Below are positions 25,503 through 36,200 of a stretch of DNA of 64,000 bases, piece by piece. How positions within the stretch are numbered: the first letter of the stretch is position 1; each line of letters opens with the position of its first letter. Made by a program: the position numbers and the translations under genes. Source of the stretch: Antedon mediterranea. Taxonomy: Eukaryota > Animalia > Echinodermata. The DNA lies in the NCBI RefSeq assembly GCF_964355755.1, contig NC_092677.1:20234101-20298100 (forward strand), read 5' to 3'. The notes beneath the pieces are model-generated. The model saw only the letters and a list, made by a program, of their open reading frames with translations, ran no database searches and was not told the origin of the DNA.

Positions 25503-28010
25503 TTATAAATAGACTATTACAAACTGTTCTGTCATGTACTACATTATGACATAACGGGTAATGCTCAGATTTGAGTGGTCCCAGTAGTGGGTTCGAACCT
25601 GTAAGGATATTTTTTTTTATTTGAAAATAAATATTGTTTTTGAAAGTGAGATATTTTGAGGGTTGTAAATGTCAGGCATAAACAAGTGGACATTTTTTTC
25701 AATCAGAAACAAAGTTGCATGGCATTATTTTTCATTGATTGATCATTCATTTCATATAAATAGACTGTTATCAGCTCTTCTGTCATCTACTGGTTTGTGG
25801 CGTAACCGGTAGTGCTCATGTTTGAGTTCTCGCAGTAGTGGGTTCGAACCTCTACGAATATTTTTTTTCTTTTTTTTTTTTAATTGAAAATAAATATTGT
25901 TTTTGAAAATGAGATATTTTTTAGGGTTGTGAATGTCACGCCTAAACAAAAGGATCTTTTTTAAAATCAGAAACAAAGTTGCATGGCATTATTTTTCATT
26001 GATTGATCATCCATTTCATATAAATAGACTATTATCAGCTCTTCAGTCATATACTGGTTTGCGGCGTAACGGGTAATGCTCAGGTTTGAGTGATTTCAAT
26101 AGTGGGTTCGAACTTCTAGGGATATTTTTTTCTTTTTTTTTATTTGAAAATAAGTATTGTGTTTGAAAGTGAGATATTTTGAGGGTTGTAAATGTCAGGC
26201 CTAAACAAGTGAACCTTTTTTAAAATCAGAAACAAAGTTACATGGCATTATTTTTCATTGATTTATTATTCATTTCATATAAATAGAGTATTATCAGCTC
26301 TTCAGTCATCTACTGGTTTGTGGCGTAACGGATAATGCTCAGGTTTGAGTGCTCTCAATAGTGGGTTCGAACCTCTAGGGATTTTTTTTTTTTAAATTGA
26401 AAATAAATATTGTTTTTGAAAGTGAGATATTTTGAGGGTTGTAAATGTCAGGCCTAAACAAGTGAACCTTTTTTAAAATCAGAAACAAAGTTGCATGGCA
26501 TTATTTTTCATTGATTGATCATTCATTTCATATAAATAGACTATTATCAGCTCTTCAGTCACCTACTGGTTTGTGGCGTAACGGGTAATGCTCAGGTTTG
26601 AGTGCTCTGAGTAGTGAGTCGAACCTCTAGGGATATTTTTTTTCTTTTTTTTTAAATTGAAAATAAATATGGTTTTTGAAAGTGAGATATTTTGAGGGTT
26701 GTAAATGTCAGGCCTAAACAAGTGAACCTTTTTTAAAATCAGAAACAAAGTTACATGGCATTATTTTTCATTGATTTATTATTCATTTCATATAAATAGA
26801 GTATTATCAGCTCTTCAGTCATCTACTGGTTTGTGGCGTAACGGATAATGCTCAGGTTTGAGTGCTCTCAATAGTGGGTTCGAACCTCTAGGGATTTTTT
26901 TTTTTTAAATTGAAAATAAATATTGTTTTTGAAAGTGAGATATTTTGAGGGTTGTAAATGTCAGGCCTAAACAAGTGAACCTTTTTTAAAATCAGAAACA
27001 AAGTTGCATGGCATTATTTTTCATTGATTGATCATTCATTTCATATAAATAGACTATTATCAGCTCTTCAGTCACCTACTGGTTTGTGGCGTAACGGGTA
27101 ATGCTCAGGTTTGATTGCTCTGAGTAGTGGGTCGAACCTCTAGGGATATTTTTTTTCTTTTTTTTAAAATTGAAAATAAATATGGTTTTTGAAAGTGAGA
27201 TATTTTGAGGGTTGTAAATGTCAGGCCTAAACAAGTGGACCTTTTTTAAAATCAGAAACAAAGTTGCATGGCATTATTTTTCATTGATTGATCATTCATT
27301 ATATATATATAGACTATTATCAGCTCCTCAGTCATCTACTGGTTTGTGGCGTAACGGGTAATGCTCAGGTTTGAGTGCTCTCAGTGGTGGGTTCGAACCT
27401 ATACGGGTATTTTTTTTCTTTTTTTTAATTGAAAATAAATATTGTTTTTGAAAGTGAGATACTTTGAGGGTTGCAACTGTCAGGCCTAAACAAGTGGACC
27501 TTTTTAAAAATCAAAAACAAAGTTGCATGGCATTATTTTTCATTGATTTATTATTTATTTCATATAAATAGAGTATTATCAGCTCTTCAGTCATCTACTG
27601 GTTTGTGGCGTAACAGGTAATGCTCAAGTTTGAGTGCTCTCACTAGTGGGTTCGAATCTCTACGGATATTTTGTTTCTTTTTTTTTTAATTTAAAATCTG
27701 TTTTTGAAAGTGAGATATTTTGAGGGTTGTAAATGTCAGGCCTAAACAAGTGAACCTTTTTAAAAATCAGAAACAAAGTTGCATGGCATTATTTTTTATT
27801 GATTTATTATTAATTTCATATAAATAGAGTATTATCAGCTCTTCAGTCATCTACTGGTTTGAGGCGTAACGGGTAATGCTCAAGTTTGAGTGCTCGCAGT
27901 AGTGGGTTGGAACCTCTAGGGATATTTCTTTTCTTTTTTTTTTAATTGAAAATAAATATTTTTTTTTGAAAGTGAGATATTTTTAGGGTTGTAAATGTCA
28001 GGCCTAAACC
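25503..28010 (+). repeat. ~257-bp tandem array with a tRNA-derived Pol III cassette per unit (10 copies)
   Basis: Each unit: TATAAATA...TGGCGTAACGG (A-box)...GGTTCGAACC (B-box)...T-run. B-boxes at ~25590, 25842, 26105, 26364, 26618, 26877, 27130, 27390, 27649, 27905. Confidence 0.92.
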
Positions 28011-28029
28011 TTTCAGGCCTGAACCTTTT

Positions 28030-28358
28030 TACTCGGGGTACCCGAGTCTAGAACTCATTTTCTCCTCTTCTTCCATCTGGACACTATTGAGTAAAAAGTG
28101 CGATTTTTAAATTACTACTCCTCCCTTAATAGTTGTAGTATTGAGCTGGGATTTGGCATGAATATACTACAGGAACATGTCCTAAAATCTATCGAGCCGG
28201 ATTTTTAAATTTCAAACCGGATGCAGCCATATGACGTCTCGAAGATGGTACCATATAGCCGTATTTGGTAGGTTATTGATGTGTATGTGACGTCACATCC
28301 CGTCTTATGACGTCATTACAGCTTCATTTGCTGTACCCCGAGTATCGCACATTCGTGC
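28030..28358 (+). mobile_element. HINE/DINE-1-like Helentron derivative, family 1, full length
   Basis: 12-bp subterminal IR TACTCGGGGTAC/GTACCCCGAGTA, 5' palindrome ACTCGGG-GTA-CCCGAGT, 3' hairpin GCAC-ATTC-GTGC, T-run flanks. Confidence 0.82.
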
Positions 28359-28362
28359 TTTT

Positions 28363-28545
28363 TACTCGGGGTACCCGAGTCTAGGACTTACTCATTTTCT
28401 CCTCCTCCATCTGGACACTATTGAGTAAAAAGTGCGATTTTTAAAGTACTACTCCTCCATTATTAGTTGTAGTATTGAGCTGGGATTTGGCATGAATATA
28501 CTACAGGGACATGTCCTCAAAGCTATAGAGCCGGATTTTTAAATT
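28363..28545 (+). mobile_element. HINE family 1, 3'-truncated, in tandem with the previous copy
   Basis: Same 5' end and core; stops after GAGCCGGATTTTTAAAT. Confidence 0.75.
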
Positions 28546-28625
28546 TTTGTTAATTAATTTGTTTAATTAAGAAGCCAAAATGTGTGACACACACCACAGC
28601 GTTATGTAGTTATATGGTTATATGC

Positions 28626-28697
28626 GGCTTCTTGGCGTAGTGGTTATCACGTTTACTTAACACGCAGAAGGTACCTGGTTCGAGCCCGGACGAAACC
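28626..28697 (+). pseudogene. tRNA-Val(AAC)-derived copy, type A
   Basis: GGCTTCTTGGCGTAGTGGTTATCACGTTTACTTAACACGCAGAAGGTACCTGGTTCGAGCCCGGACGAAACC plus T-run; acceptor and anticodon stem mismatches. Confidence 0.8.
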
Positions 28698-28913
28698 TTT
28701 TTTTTTAAACTTTATGGTGAAAAGTACTGTATACGCAATATGATAATTATACACAGTATATCTTATTTTTATTATTTTTTTAAATACTTATTTTGTGTAA
28801 TCGGTAATTATCACTTTTACACATGTTTATTTTTCTTTGTGCTTATTACCATATTTATTTGTAATTTAAATGGATTAAAAAACTTTCTGTAACCCACATT
28901 TTTAGTGTAAGTG

Positions 28914-28984
28914 GGTTTCGTAGTGTAGTGATTGTCAAGTCTGCTTAACACGCAGAAGGTCCCGTTTAGAGCCCTGGCGAAACC
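28914..28984 (+). pseudogene. tRNA-Val(AAC)-derived copy, type B
   Basis: GGTTTCG/CGAAACC acceptor stem and TCTGC-TTAACAC-GCAGA arm intact; B-box damaged (GTTTAGA). Confidence 0.8.
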
Positions 28985-29135
28985 TATTTTTCTTTAACTT
29001 TAACTGTATACGTCTGTATACAGCTTCTTTCTCTGTACCCCGAGTATTGCACATTCGTGCTTTTTTGTTAATTAATTTGTTTAATTAGGAAGCCACAATG
29101 TGTGACACACACCACAGCGCTATGTAGTTATATGC

Positions 29136-29210
29136 GGCTTGTTGGCGTAGTGGTTATCACGTTTACTTAAAAACACGCAGAAGGTACCTGGTTCGAGCCC
29201 GGGCGAAACC
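29136..29210 (+). pseudogene. tRNA-Val-derived copy, type A, with anticodon-loop insertion
   Basis: As 28626 copy but loop reads TTAAAAACAC. Confidence 0.78.
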
Positions 29211-29245
29211 TTTTTTTTTTAACTTTATGGTGAAAAGTAGTGTAT

Positions 29246-29650
29246 AAGATAAGATAAGATAAGATAACTTTTATTGATCCTCAAAAAGGAAATTCATTGC
29301 TCATCATAATAACAAAGAACACACAATAAAAACAAATATAGCATAAAACCATTCTAATAAAAACATCTACAAAATTACAAGATAAAATTTTCTTCTTGAC
29401 TTCCTGTTGTACTAGATGATACCGGAGGGAATAAAGGATTTAGCAAATCGATTTGTTTTCACACTGAGGAGCCTCAATCTACCACTTGGATTAAGTTGGT
29501 CTATGATTACTTTGTGGAGAGGATGAGAGGCATCCGATTCAATGCGTTCGAAATATTTCTGGAGGTGTTCTAGGTGCACATCGGTAAAGGAAGGCAGTTC
29601 CAGACCAATCATTTTACCAGCCCGACGGATGAAAGTTTCAAGGCGTCCTT
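29246..29650 (-). mobile_element. 5'-truncated non-LTR retrotransposon 3' end, Rex1/Babar-like
   Basis: Peptide ...IESDASHPLH...LNPSGRLRLLSVKTNRFAKSFIPSGI fits the C-terminus of Rex1/Babar-type RT ORFs. 3' UTR ends GAATTTCCTTTTTGAGGATCAATAAAAG with a (TTATC)n tail. Interrupts the flank TGTA|TACGCAA seen intact elsewhere. Confidence 0.85.
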
Positions 29651-29727
29651 TACGCAATATGATAATTATACACAGTATATCTTATTTTTATTATTTTTTT
29701 AAATATTTATTTTGTGTAATCGGTAAA

Positions 29728-29972
29728 TACTCCTCCCTTTCGTTGTAGTATTGAGCTCGGATTTAGCATGAATATACTACAGGGACATGTCCTCAAAGCT
29801 ATAGAGCCGGATTTTTTAATTTCATACCGGATGCAGCCATATCACGTCTCGAAGATGGTACCGTATAGCCGTATTTGGTAGCGCGGTTATTGATGTGTAT
29901 GTTACGTTACATCCGGTCTTATGACGTCATTACAGCTTCTTTCGCTGTACCCCGAGTATTGCACATTCGTGC
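29728..29972 (+). mobile_element. HINE family 1, 5'-truncated
   Basis: Core plus 3' GTACCCCGAGTA and GCACATTCGTGC. Confidence 0.75.
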
Positions 29973-30048
29973 TTGTTTTGTTAAATAATTTGTTTAATTA
30001 AGAAGACACAATGTGTGACACACACCACAGCGTTATGTAGTTATATGC

Positions 30049-30120
30049 GGCTTCTTGGCGTAGTGGTTATCAAGTTTGCTTAACACGCAGAAGGTACCTG
30101 GTTCGAGCCCGGGCGAAACC
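30049..30120 (+). pseudogene. tRNA-Val(AAC)-derived copy, type A
   Basis: GGCTTCTTGGCGTAGTGG...TTAACAC...GGTTCGAGCCCGGGCGAAACC plus T10. Confidence 0.8.
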
Positions 30121-30202
30121 TTTTTTTTTTAAACTTTATGGTGAAAAGTACTGTATACGCAATATGATAATTATACACAGTATATCTTATTTTTATTATT
30201 TT

Positions 30203-30535
30203 TACTCGGGGTACCCGAGTCTAGGACTTACTCATTTTCTCCTCTTCTTCCATCTGGACACTATTGAGTAAAAAGTGCGATTTTTAAAGTACTACTCCTC
30301 CCTTATTAATTGTAGTATTGAGCTGGGATTTGGCATGAATATACTACAGGGACATGTCCTAAAATCTATAGAGCCGGATTTTTAAATTTCAAACCGGATG
30401 CAGCCATATGCCTTCTCGAAGATGTTACCATATAGCCGTATTTGGTAGGTTATTGATGTGTATGTGACGTCACATCCCGTCTTATGACGTCATTACAGCT
30501 TCATTTGCTGTACCCCGAGTATCGCACATTCGTGC
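30203..30535 (+). mobile_element. HINE family 1, full length
   Basis: Both subterminal IRs and 3' hairpin present; T-run flanks. Confidence 0.82.
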
Positions 30536-30614
30536 TTTTTTGTTTGTTAATTAATTTGTTTAATTAAGAAGCCACAATGTACGACACACACCACAGCGTT
30601 ATGTAGTTATATGC

Positions 30615-30686
30615 GGCTTCTTGGCGTAATGGTTATCACGTTTGCTTAACACGCAGAAGGTACCTGGTTCGAGCCCGGGCGAAACC
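30615..30686 (+). pseudogene. tRNA-Val(AAC)-derived copy, type A
   Basis: Same sequence type and flanks as other type A copies. Confidence 0.8.
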
Positions 30687-30901
30687 TTTTTTTTAAACTT
30701 TATGGTGAAAAGTACTGTATACGCAATATGATAATTATACACAGTATATCTTATTTTTATTATTTTTTAAAATACTTATTTTGTGTAATCGGTATAATTA
30801 TCACTTTTACACATGTTTATTTTGCTTTGTGCTTATACCATATTTATTTGTAAATTAAATGGATTAAAAAACTATCTGTAACCCACATTTTTAGTGTAAG
30901 A

Positions 30902-30972
30902 GGTTTCATAGTGTAGTGGTTGTCAAGTCTGCTTAACACGCAGAAGGTCCCGGTTCGAGCCCTGGCGAAACC
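30902..30972 (+). pseudogene. tRNA-Val(AAC)-derived copy, type B
   Basis: GGTTTCATAGTGTAGTGGTTGTCAAGTCTGCTTAACACGCAGAAGGTCCCGGTTCGAGCCCTGGCGAAACC. Confidence 0.8.
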
Positions 30973-31041
30973 TATTTTTCTTTAACTTTATGGTGAAATA
31001 TACTGTATACGTTATATGATATAGAGTATATCTCGTTGTAT

Positions 31042-31383
31042 TACTCGGGGTACCTGAGTCTAGGACTCTCTCCTCTTTTCCTCTTCTTCCATCCGGACAC
31101 TATTGAGCAAGAAGTGCGATTTATAAAGTACTACTCCTCCCTTATTCGTTGTAGTATTGAGCTCGGATTTAGCATGAATATACTACAGGGACATGTCCTC
31201 AAAGCTATAGAGCCGGATTTTTTAATTCCAAACCGGATGCAGCCATATCACGTCTCGAAGATTGTACCGTATAGCCGTATTTGGTAGCGCGGTTATTGAT
31301 GTGTATGTGACGTTACATCCGGTCTTATGACGTCATTACAGCTTCTTTCGCTGTACCCCGAGTATTGCACATTCGTGCTTGTT
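31042..31383 (+). mobile_element. HINE family 1, full length, variant subfamily
   Basis: TACTCGGGGTACCTGAGT ... GTACCCCGAGTATTGCACATTCGTGCTTGTT. Confidence 0.82.
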
Positions 31384-31453
31384 TGTTAATTAATTTGTTT
31401 AATTAAGAAGCCACAATGTGTGACACACCACACAGCGTAAGGTAGTTATATGC

Positions 31454-31525
31454 GGCTTCTTGGCGTAGTGGTTATCACGTTTGCTTAACACGCAGAAGGT
31501 ACCTGGTTCGAGCCCGGGCTAAACC
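31454..31525 (+). pseudogene. tRNA-Val(AAC)-derived copy, type A
   Basis: Type A sequence plus T-run. Confidence 0.78.
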
Positions 31526-31707
31526 TTTTTTTTTTTAATTTTATGGTGAAAAGTACTGTATACGCAATATGATAATTATACACAGTATATCTTATTTGTA
31601 TTATTTTTTTAAATAACTACTTTGTGTAATCGGTAATTATCACTTTTACACATGTTTCTTTTGCTTTGTGCTTATTACCATATTTATTCTGTAATGTAAA
31701 TGGATTA

Positions 31708-32239
31708 AACAAGCACGAATGTGCAATACTCGGGGTACAGCGAATGAAGCTGTAATGACGTCATAAGACCGGATGTAACGTCACATACACGTCAATAACC
31801 ACGCTACCAAATACGGCTATACGGTACCATCTTCGAGACGTGATATGGCTGCATCCGGTTTGAAATTAAACAAGGCCAACAGCCATAAGTCACGTGCTCT
31901 CAGAAAAAAATGAACTTTCAAAAAGTAATGTACTTTAAAACTTTTCTGTACATCAAAACAGTTCAAAAAGTACAGAAAAGCGATAAAACGCATAGTGATA
32001 CCGGACCGACAGACAGACCGACAGACCGACCGACCGACATAGTGAACTATAGACTAAATATCCGGCTTTATAGCTTTGAGGACATGTCCCTGTAGTTTAT
32101 TCATGCTAAATCCGAGCTAAATACTACAACGAATAAGGGAGGATTAGTACTTTATAAATCGCACTTTTTGCTCAATAGTGTCCGGATGGAAGAAGAAGAG
32201 GAAAAGATGAGAGAGTCCTAGACTCAGGTACCCCGAGTA
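31708..32239 (-). mobile_element. HINE family 1, inverted, interrupted by a family 2 element
   Basis: Reverse complement of the 31042-31383 type, split at its A-run by 31869-32056. Confidence 0.8.
31869..32056 (-). mobile_element. HINE family 2 nested in family 1
   Basis: Reverse complement of the 4185-4383 family including (GACC/GACA)n; 5' hairpin missing. Confidence 0.8.
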
Positions 32240-32308
32240 ATAAAACGAGATATACTCTATATCATATTACGTATACAGTATATTTCACCATAAAGTTAAA
32301 GAAAAATA

Positions 32309-32343
32309 GGTTTCGCCAGGGCTCGAACCGGGACCTTCTGCGT
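32309..32343 (-). pseudogene. tRNA-Val type B, 3' half only
   Basis: GGTTTCGCCAGGGCTCGAACCGGGACCTTCTGCGT on + strand; the rest is deleted. Confidence 0.7.
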
Positions 32344-32542
32344 TGATTACACAAAGTTTTTTAATCCATTTTAATTACAACTAAATATGGTAATAAGCAC
32401 AAAGCAAAATAAACATGTGTAAAAGTGATAATTACCGATTACACAAAATAAGTATTTAAAAAAATAATAAAAATAAGATATACTGTGTATAATTATCATA
32501 TTGCGTATACAGTACTTTTCACCATAAAGTTTAAAAAAAAAA

Positions 32543-32614
32543 GGTTTCGCACGGTCTCGAACCAGGTATCTTCTGCGTGTTAAGTAAACGTGATAACCAC
32601 TACGCCAAGAAGCC
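32543..32614 (-). pseudogene. tRNA-Val(AAC)-derived copy, type A
   Basis: Reverse complement of type A with extra substitutions. Confidence 0.78.
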
Positions 32615-32809
32615 GCATATAACTACATAACGCTGTGTGTGTCACATATTGTGTCTTCTTAATTAAACAAATTATTTAACAAATAAACATGTGTAAAAGT
32701 GATAATTACCGATTACACAAAATAAATATTTTTAAAAATAATAAAAATAAGATATACTGTATATCATATTACCTTATCAGTACTTTTTACCATAAAGTTG
32801 AAAAAAAAA

Positions 32810-32881
32810 GGTTTCGCCCGAGCTCGAACCGGGGACCTTCTGCGTGTTAAGCAGACGTGATAACCACTACGCCAAGAAGCC
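32810..32881 (-). tRNA. tRNA-Val(AAC)-like, best-preserved copy (function doubtful)
   Basis: GGCTTCTTGGCGTAGTGGTTATCACGTCTGCTTAACACGCAGAAGGTCCCCGGTTCGAGCTCGGGCGAAACC: perfect anticodon arm, paired T-stem and T9 terminator, but two acceptor-stem mismatches. Confidence 0.55.
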
Positions 32882-33034
32882 GCATATAACTACATAACGC
32901 TGTGGTGTGTGTCACACATTGTGGCTTCTTAATTAAACCAATTAATTAACAAACAAGCACGAATGTGCAATACTCGGGGTACAGCGAAAGAAGCTGTATA
33001 CAGACGTATACAGTTAGCAAGTTAAAGAAAAATA

Positions 33035-33105
33035 GGTTTCGCCAGGGCTCGAACCGGTTCCTTCTGCATGTTAAGCAGACTTGACAACCACTACACTCTG
33101 AAACC
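33035..33105 (-). pseudogene. tRNA-Val-derived copy, type B
   Basis: Reverse complement of type B with substitutions. Confidence 0.75.
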
Positions 33106-33284
33106 TCTTACATTAAAAATGTGGGTTACAGAAAGTTTTTTAATCCATTTAAATTACAAATAAATGGTAATAAGCACAAAGCAAAATAAACATGTGTAAA
33201 AGTGATAATTACCGATTACACAAAATAAGTATTTTAAAAAATAATAAAAATAAGATATACTCTGTATAATTATCATATTGCGTA

Positions 33285-36200
33285 AACTTTTCACACAAAA
33301 ACATCAAAGTCCACAAAATAGCTTAATATCGTATTTAAAAACGTTTTAGACCATTTTGAGCATTTCGAAAAAACTTTTTCACACAAAACATCAAAGTTTA
33401 CAAAATAGCTTCAAATGGCATTTGGAGACGTTTTAGACCATTTTGTGATTTTCGAAAAAACTTGTTAACATAAAAACACCAAAGTGCTCAGAATACCTTC
33501 AAATCGTATTTTGAGACGTTTTAGACCATTTTGTGATTTTCGAAAAAACTTGTTAACTTAAAAACACCAAAGTGCTTAGAAAAGCTTCAAATCGCATTTG
33601 GAGACGTTTTAGACCATTTTGTTCATTTCGATGAAACTTGGTTACACAAAAACATCAAAGAGCACAAAAGAGCTTAATATCGTATTTAAAAACGTTTTAG
33701 ACCATTTTGAGCATTTCGAAAAAACTTTTTCACACAAAACATCAAAGTTTACAAAATAGCTTCAAATCGCATTTGGAGACGTTTTAGACCATTTTGTGAT
33801 TTTCGAAAAAACTTGTTAACATAAAAACACCAAAGTGCTCAGAATACCTTCAAATCGTATTTTGAGACGTTTTAGACCATTTTGTGATTTTCGAAAAAAC
33901 TTGTTAACATAAAAACACCAAAGTGCTTAGAAAAGCTTCAAATCGCATTTGGAGACGTTTTAGACAATTTGTTCATTTCGATGAAACTTGGTTACACAAA
34001 AACATCAAAGAGCACAAAAGAGCTTAATATCGTATTTAAAAACGTTTTAGACCATTTTGAGAATTTCGACAAAACTTTTTCACACAAAACATCAAAGTGT
34101 ACAGAAAAGCTTTAAATCGCATTTGGAGACGTTTTAGACCATTTTGTAGTTTTCGAAAAAACTTGTTAACATAAAAACACAAAAGAGCTAAGAATAGCTT
34201 CAAATCGCATTTGGAGACGTTTTAGACCCTTTTGTGCATTTCGATGAAACTAGGTTACACAAAAACACCAAAGTGCTTAAAATCACATTAGAAACCGTTT
34301 TAGACCATTTTGAGCATTTCGTTAAAACTTTTCACACAAAAACATCAAAGTCCACAAAATAGCTTAATATCGTATTTAAAAACGTTTTAGACCATTTTGA
34401 GCATTTCGAAAAAACTTTTTCACACAAAACATCAAAGTTTACAAAATAGCTTCAAATCGCATTTGGAGACGTTTTAGACCATTTTGTGATTTTCTAAAAA
34501 ACTTGTTAACATAAAAACACCAAAGTGCTCAGAATACCTTCACATCGCATTTTGAGACGTTTTAGACCATTTTGTGATTTTCGAAAAAACTTGTTAACAT
34601 AAAAACACAAAAGTGCTTAGAAAAGCTTCAAATCGCATTTGGAGACGTTTTAGACCATTTTGTGCATTTCGATGAAACTTGGTTACACAAAAACATCAAA
34701 GTGCTTAAAATCACATTTTGACCATTTCGTTAAAACTTTTCACACAAAAACATCAAAGAGTAAAAAATAGCTTAATATCGTATTTAAAAACGTTTTAGAC
34801 CATTTTGAGCAATTCGACAAAACTTTTTCTCACAAAACATCAAAGTGTACAGAATAGCTTCAAATCGCATTTGGAGACGTTTTGGACCATTTTGTAGTTT
34901 TCGAAAAAACTTGTTAACATAAAAACACAAAAAAGCTTCAAATCGCATTTGGAGACGTTTTAGACCCTTTTGTGCATTTCGATGAAACTTGGTTACACAA
35001 AAACATCAAAGTGCTTAAAATCACATTAGAAACCGTTTTAGACCATTTTGAGCATTTCGTTAAAACTTTTCACACAAAAACATCAAAGTCCACAAAATAG
35101 CTTCATATCGTATTTAAAAACGTTTTAGACCATTTTGAGCATTTCGAAAAAACTTTTTCACACAAAACATCAAAGTTTACAAAATAGCTTCAAATCGCAT
35201 TTGGAGACGTTTTAGACCATTTTGTGATTTTCGAAAAAAATTGTTAACATAAAAACACCAAAGTGTTCAGAATACCTTCAAATCGTATTTTGAGACGTTT
35301 TAGACCATTTTCTGATTTTCGAAAAAACTTGTTAACATAAAAACACCAAAGTGCTTAGAAAAGCTTCAAATCGCATTTGGAGACGTTTTAGACCATTTTG
35401 TTCATTTCGATGAAACTTGGTTACACAAAAACATCAAAGAGCACAAAAGAGCTTAATATCGTATTTAAAAACGTTTTAGACCATTTTGAGCATTTCGAAA
35501 AAACTTTTTCACACAAAACATCAAAGTTTACAAAATGGCTTCAAATCGCATTTGGAGACGTTTTAGACCATTTTGTGATTTTCGAAAAAACTTGTTAACA
35601 TAAAAACACCAAAGTGCTTAGAAAAGCTTCAAATCGCATTTGGAGACGTTTTAGACCATTTTGTTCATTTCGATGAAACTTGCTTACAATAAAACATCAA
35701 AGAGCACAAAAGAGCTTAATATCGTATTTAAAAACGTTTTAGACCATTTTGAGCATTTCGACAAAACTTTTTCACACAAAACATCAAAGTGTACAGAATA
35801 GCTTTAAATCGCATTTGGAGACGTTTTAGACCATTTTGTAGTTTTCGAAAAAACTTGTTAACATAAAAACACAAAAGAGCTTCAAATCGCATTTGGAAAC
35901 GTTTTAGACCCTTTTGTGCATTTCGATGAAACTTGGTTACACAAAAACATCAAAGTGCTTAAAATCACATTAGAAACCGTTTTAGACCATTTTGAGCATT
36001 TCGTTAAAATTTTTCACAGAAAAACATCAAAGAGCAAAAAATAGCTTAATATCGTATTTTAAAACGTTTTAGACCATTTTGAGCATTTCGACAAAACTTT
36101 TTCACACAAAACATCAAAGTGTACAGAATAGCTTCAAATCGCATTTGGAGACGTTTTAAACCATTTTGAGCATTTCGATAAAATTTTACACACAAAAACA

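Noticed and set aside
25752-27261. Repeated 'MFLILKK' ORFs (also 63085)
   Set aside because: Antisense readings of the 257-bp unit through variable-length poly-T runs; TTG starts.
25503-28010. CRISPR-like or functional tRNA gene array
   Set aside because: Whole units repeat with no unique spacers, no cas genes, and no cloverleaf.
31036-32095. ORFs at 31036 and 31910 (also 4096, 29542)
   Set aside because: Chance frames across non-autonomous elements or antisense to the LINE.
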